NCBI GenBank assembly: GCA_036172245.1
Contig: JAYWIR010000001.1
Coordinates: forward strand, 124,001-188,000
DNA: 64,000 nucleotides
Reading direction: 5' to 3'
From: Raillietiella orientalis
Lineage: Eukaryota
Shown piece after piece: positions 61,726-64,000 of this stretch. Made by a program: the position numbers and the translations under genes. The notes below the pieces were generated by a model, which ran no database searches, was not told the DNA's origin, and worked only from the letters and a program-made list of their open reading frames with translations. Position 1 is the first letter of the stretch. Each line of letters starts with the position of its first letter.

Positions 61726-63955
61726 AACCCGTTTCGGCTACGCGACAGCTCATGCGCGCGTGGCACAGCGGTACAGAGCGAGCCGTACTCTACGCAACTC
61801 TCTACGGAAATGCGAAACGCGTGTACATACATGTACAGGACAGCGGCTACGAAGAACTGCGCGTGGGAGCAGGCTGCGAACGGGCAGTTCTTCGTAGCCG
61901 CCGTCCGTCGGACTGCGGCCAGAGACCTCGGACGGCTTGCAGTTCGTTCCTCGTGATGACTCCTTACCGCAGCATCACCGAGGGGAGCTCTGCGTCCCTT
62001 CTGCGTCCACCTGAGTCGCGCATTTCCAGAAGCCCTCTCTCCGTCCCAGTCGCGGCCCTCGGCACCGGACGGTTGCAAGTCGAACGCTCTTCGGCACGCG
62101 GACTAGGGTTTTTCACGATCGAATGATCCCTTCAGGGATGCGATCGCCCCGGGTGGCTCGAAGCCTGATCGCAACCACCTGAGGCTAATGGCCGGAGGCT
62201 TGTTTTTTCCTCTCCTTGTCTCATCATGTGCGCCAACATCGCAACTTCGAATGACGGGTCCACAGCGATGGTCAAGGCTTCTTTCGTCCAGCCTTGTTCG
62301 AGTTCTTGCATGAACGGATTCTCTCTCCCCCTTTCCGACCGCCTGCACGCTAGCTAGCTCTCTTGGACACCCCAAGGGAGATTTCGATCAGAAACGAGAA
62401 ACTCACGGAGGCCATCATCTTTGGCTAACAGGTCAGCGATGGCGGCGGTCGACCCGCCTGAGATGTTTCCCTGTCAAGCAGATCGAATTCCGCGCGAGAG
62501 CACGGGTAACCAGACAGCGAGCGGAGCGCAGTGTCGTCGTCGCGGCGGTCTCTTCGCGTGTCTCCGAAAGCACCTCAAGAGAGGAGATCGTCCTGCCTGC
62601 CACTGAAACTGCACAGCGAAGATTCTTATCTCGGAACGGAGAGCTCCGAGGCGGAGCAAATTGTATTCGATCCGGTCTGTTTCGAAGGTGGTTCGCCGCG
62701 CACTCCGCGGGCACGCAGCAGCAGCAGCCCACGAGGAGAGCTTTCTCCTGGGTTTCGTCCTTCCAGCTCCTGTGCTCCTTCGGGCCGAGCGCACGGTTGG
62801 CTATCCCGGAACGTCCTCCGCCGGTCCGTGCTCCCTCGTTGCAACCGACAACCTTCTTTGCTCTCTCTTTGCAGACCTTTGCGCGAGCACCTAGATACGG
62901 TTTTTCTTCCTCCGGATGGTGCGCGTGCCGGATTCGCGAAAGATGAGAGGACAGAAACTTCTCCTCCCCATTCTCCCTGCTCTTGGTTCCTCAGGCGGAA
63001 ACTCTTCCTCCGGTTCGAGATCTCGCTGTCGGAGCACAGTGATGCGGGTGCGTACGTGAACTCCTGTTCGCTCAGAGTCCATGGCATCGTGCAATGCACT
63101 GAGATGTATCGCACTGTAGGTTGCTTTGATCTGAAGACGGAGCTAAGGAAGGATGGCGCACCAGTGATGCGTCTTGCTGCCTTTGTTGCCTTTGCGCGTA
63201 AGGGATCTGAATGTAAAGCAATGATGTTATCGATTATTGGCCACCCAACGGGGGCTGCTTCCCCGGGGCGATTTGCACGGTGCTTCGAACTGCGCATGAA
63301 GACAACTGGCGAACCGATCTCCAGATGGCATGCGTCTCCCTACGGTCTTCCACCCTCGTTGTTTTCGCTCGGGTTTTCCTCTAGAACCAGCCTGTCATCA
63401 TGTCTTCTGATGCCTTCTGTTGACCCGGATTCTTTGGGGCCAACAGAATTTACCCACCAATGAACAAAGGGGTTGCTTGCTCCGGCAGTCAGCCTCAGGT
63501 GGTCGTGATCAGGCTTCGAGCCACCCGGGGCGATCGCATCCCTGAAGGGATCATTCGATCGTGAAAAACCCTAGTCCGCGTGCCGAAGAGCGTTCGACTT
63601 GCAACCGTCCGGTGCCGAGGGCCGCGACTGGGACGGAGAGAGGGCTTCTGGAAATGCGCGACTCAGGTGGACGCAGAAGGGACGCAGAGCTTCCCTCGGT
63701 GATGCTGCGGTAAGGAGTCATCACGAGGAACGAACTGCAAGCCGTCCGAGGTCTCTGGCCGCAGTCCGACGGACGGCGGCTACGAAGAACTGCCCGTTCG
63801 CAGCCTGCTCCCACGCGCAGTTCTTCGTAGCCGCTGTCCTGTACATGTATGTACACGCGTTTCGCATTTCCGTAGAGAGTTGCGTAGAGTACGGCTCGCT
63901 CTGTACCGCTGTGCCACGCGCTCATGAGTTGCCGCGTACCCGGAATGCGTTTCGA
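61726..63955. mobile_element. Long inverted repeat / foldback: ~470-bp arms (61726-62197, 63481-63955) around a ~1.28-kb spacer
   Basis: Core 61756-62170 differs from the other arm at about one base. ORFs 61707-62126(+) and 63551-63925(-) translate identically over ~120 aa. The inverted repeat is certain; its mobile-element status is inferred. Confidence 0.88.
62950..63460 (-). mobile_element. CR1/L2-like LINE 3' fragment inside the inverted-repeat spacer
   Basis: GEAAPVGWP..LRAKATKAARRITG..RRKSFRLR..W follows the LEYxxPVWxP..LERVQRRAxRxI..FFxxRxxxxWN order. Confidence 0.38.
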
Positions 63956-64000
63956 CTTCCTGGGAACTTGGAACCGTCTGGCGCCTCAGAAAAAGAGCTG

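Noticed and set aside
62531..63463. 310-aa plus-strand ORF in the inverted-repeat spacer as a transposase, and LHSDPLRAKAT..RYI as a tyrosine-recombinase motif on the minus strand
   Set aside because: No DDE or YR catalytic spacing. The minus-strand text fits a CR1/L2 post-RT region better, and the plus ORF looks like its shadow.

Overview
Eukaryotic, probably invertebrate-metazoan, genomic DNA; the species cannot be assigned from sequence alone. Two intact genes can be supported, both in the first 3.5 kb: a 10-exon mitochondrial chaperonin Hsp60 (+) and a 3-coding-exon COQ10 (-). They lie tail-to-tail, have mostly 42-63 nt introns and have nearly abutting polyA signals. The remaining ~60 kb is mostly decayed sequence: an intronless COP9 subunit 6 (CSN6) pseudogene, probable decayed rhodanese (TST/MPST) and C2H2 zinc-finger genes, several degenerate non-LTR retrotransposons, at least 7 pieces of a tRNA-derived SINE-like family, a hAT MITE, a mariner-ended foldback, six related AT-rich islands bounded by inverted repeats, and a ~2.2-kb inverted repeat with almost identical arms at the right end. 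One candidate signal-peptide exon lies at ~60.9 kb. Most ORFs in the supplied track beyond 3.5 kb are spurious products of GC-rich sequence. No CRISPR array, rRNA or intact tRNA was seen. I found no clearly novel coding system; the strongest leads are structural and evolutionary. Coordinates of degenerate elements are approximate, and family assignments rest on motifs recognised by eye.
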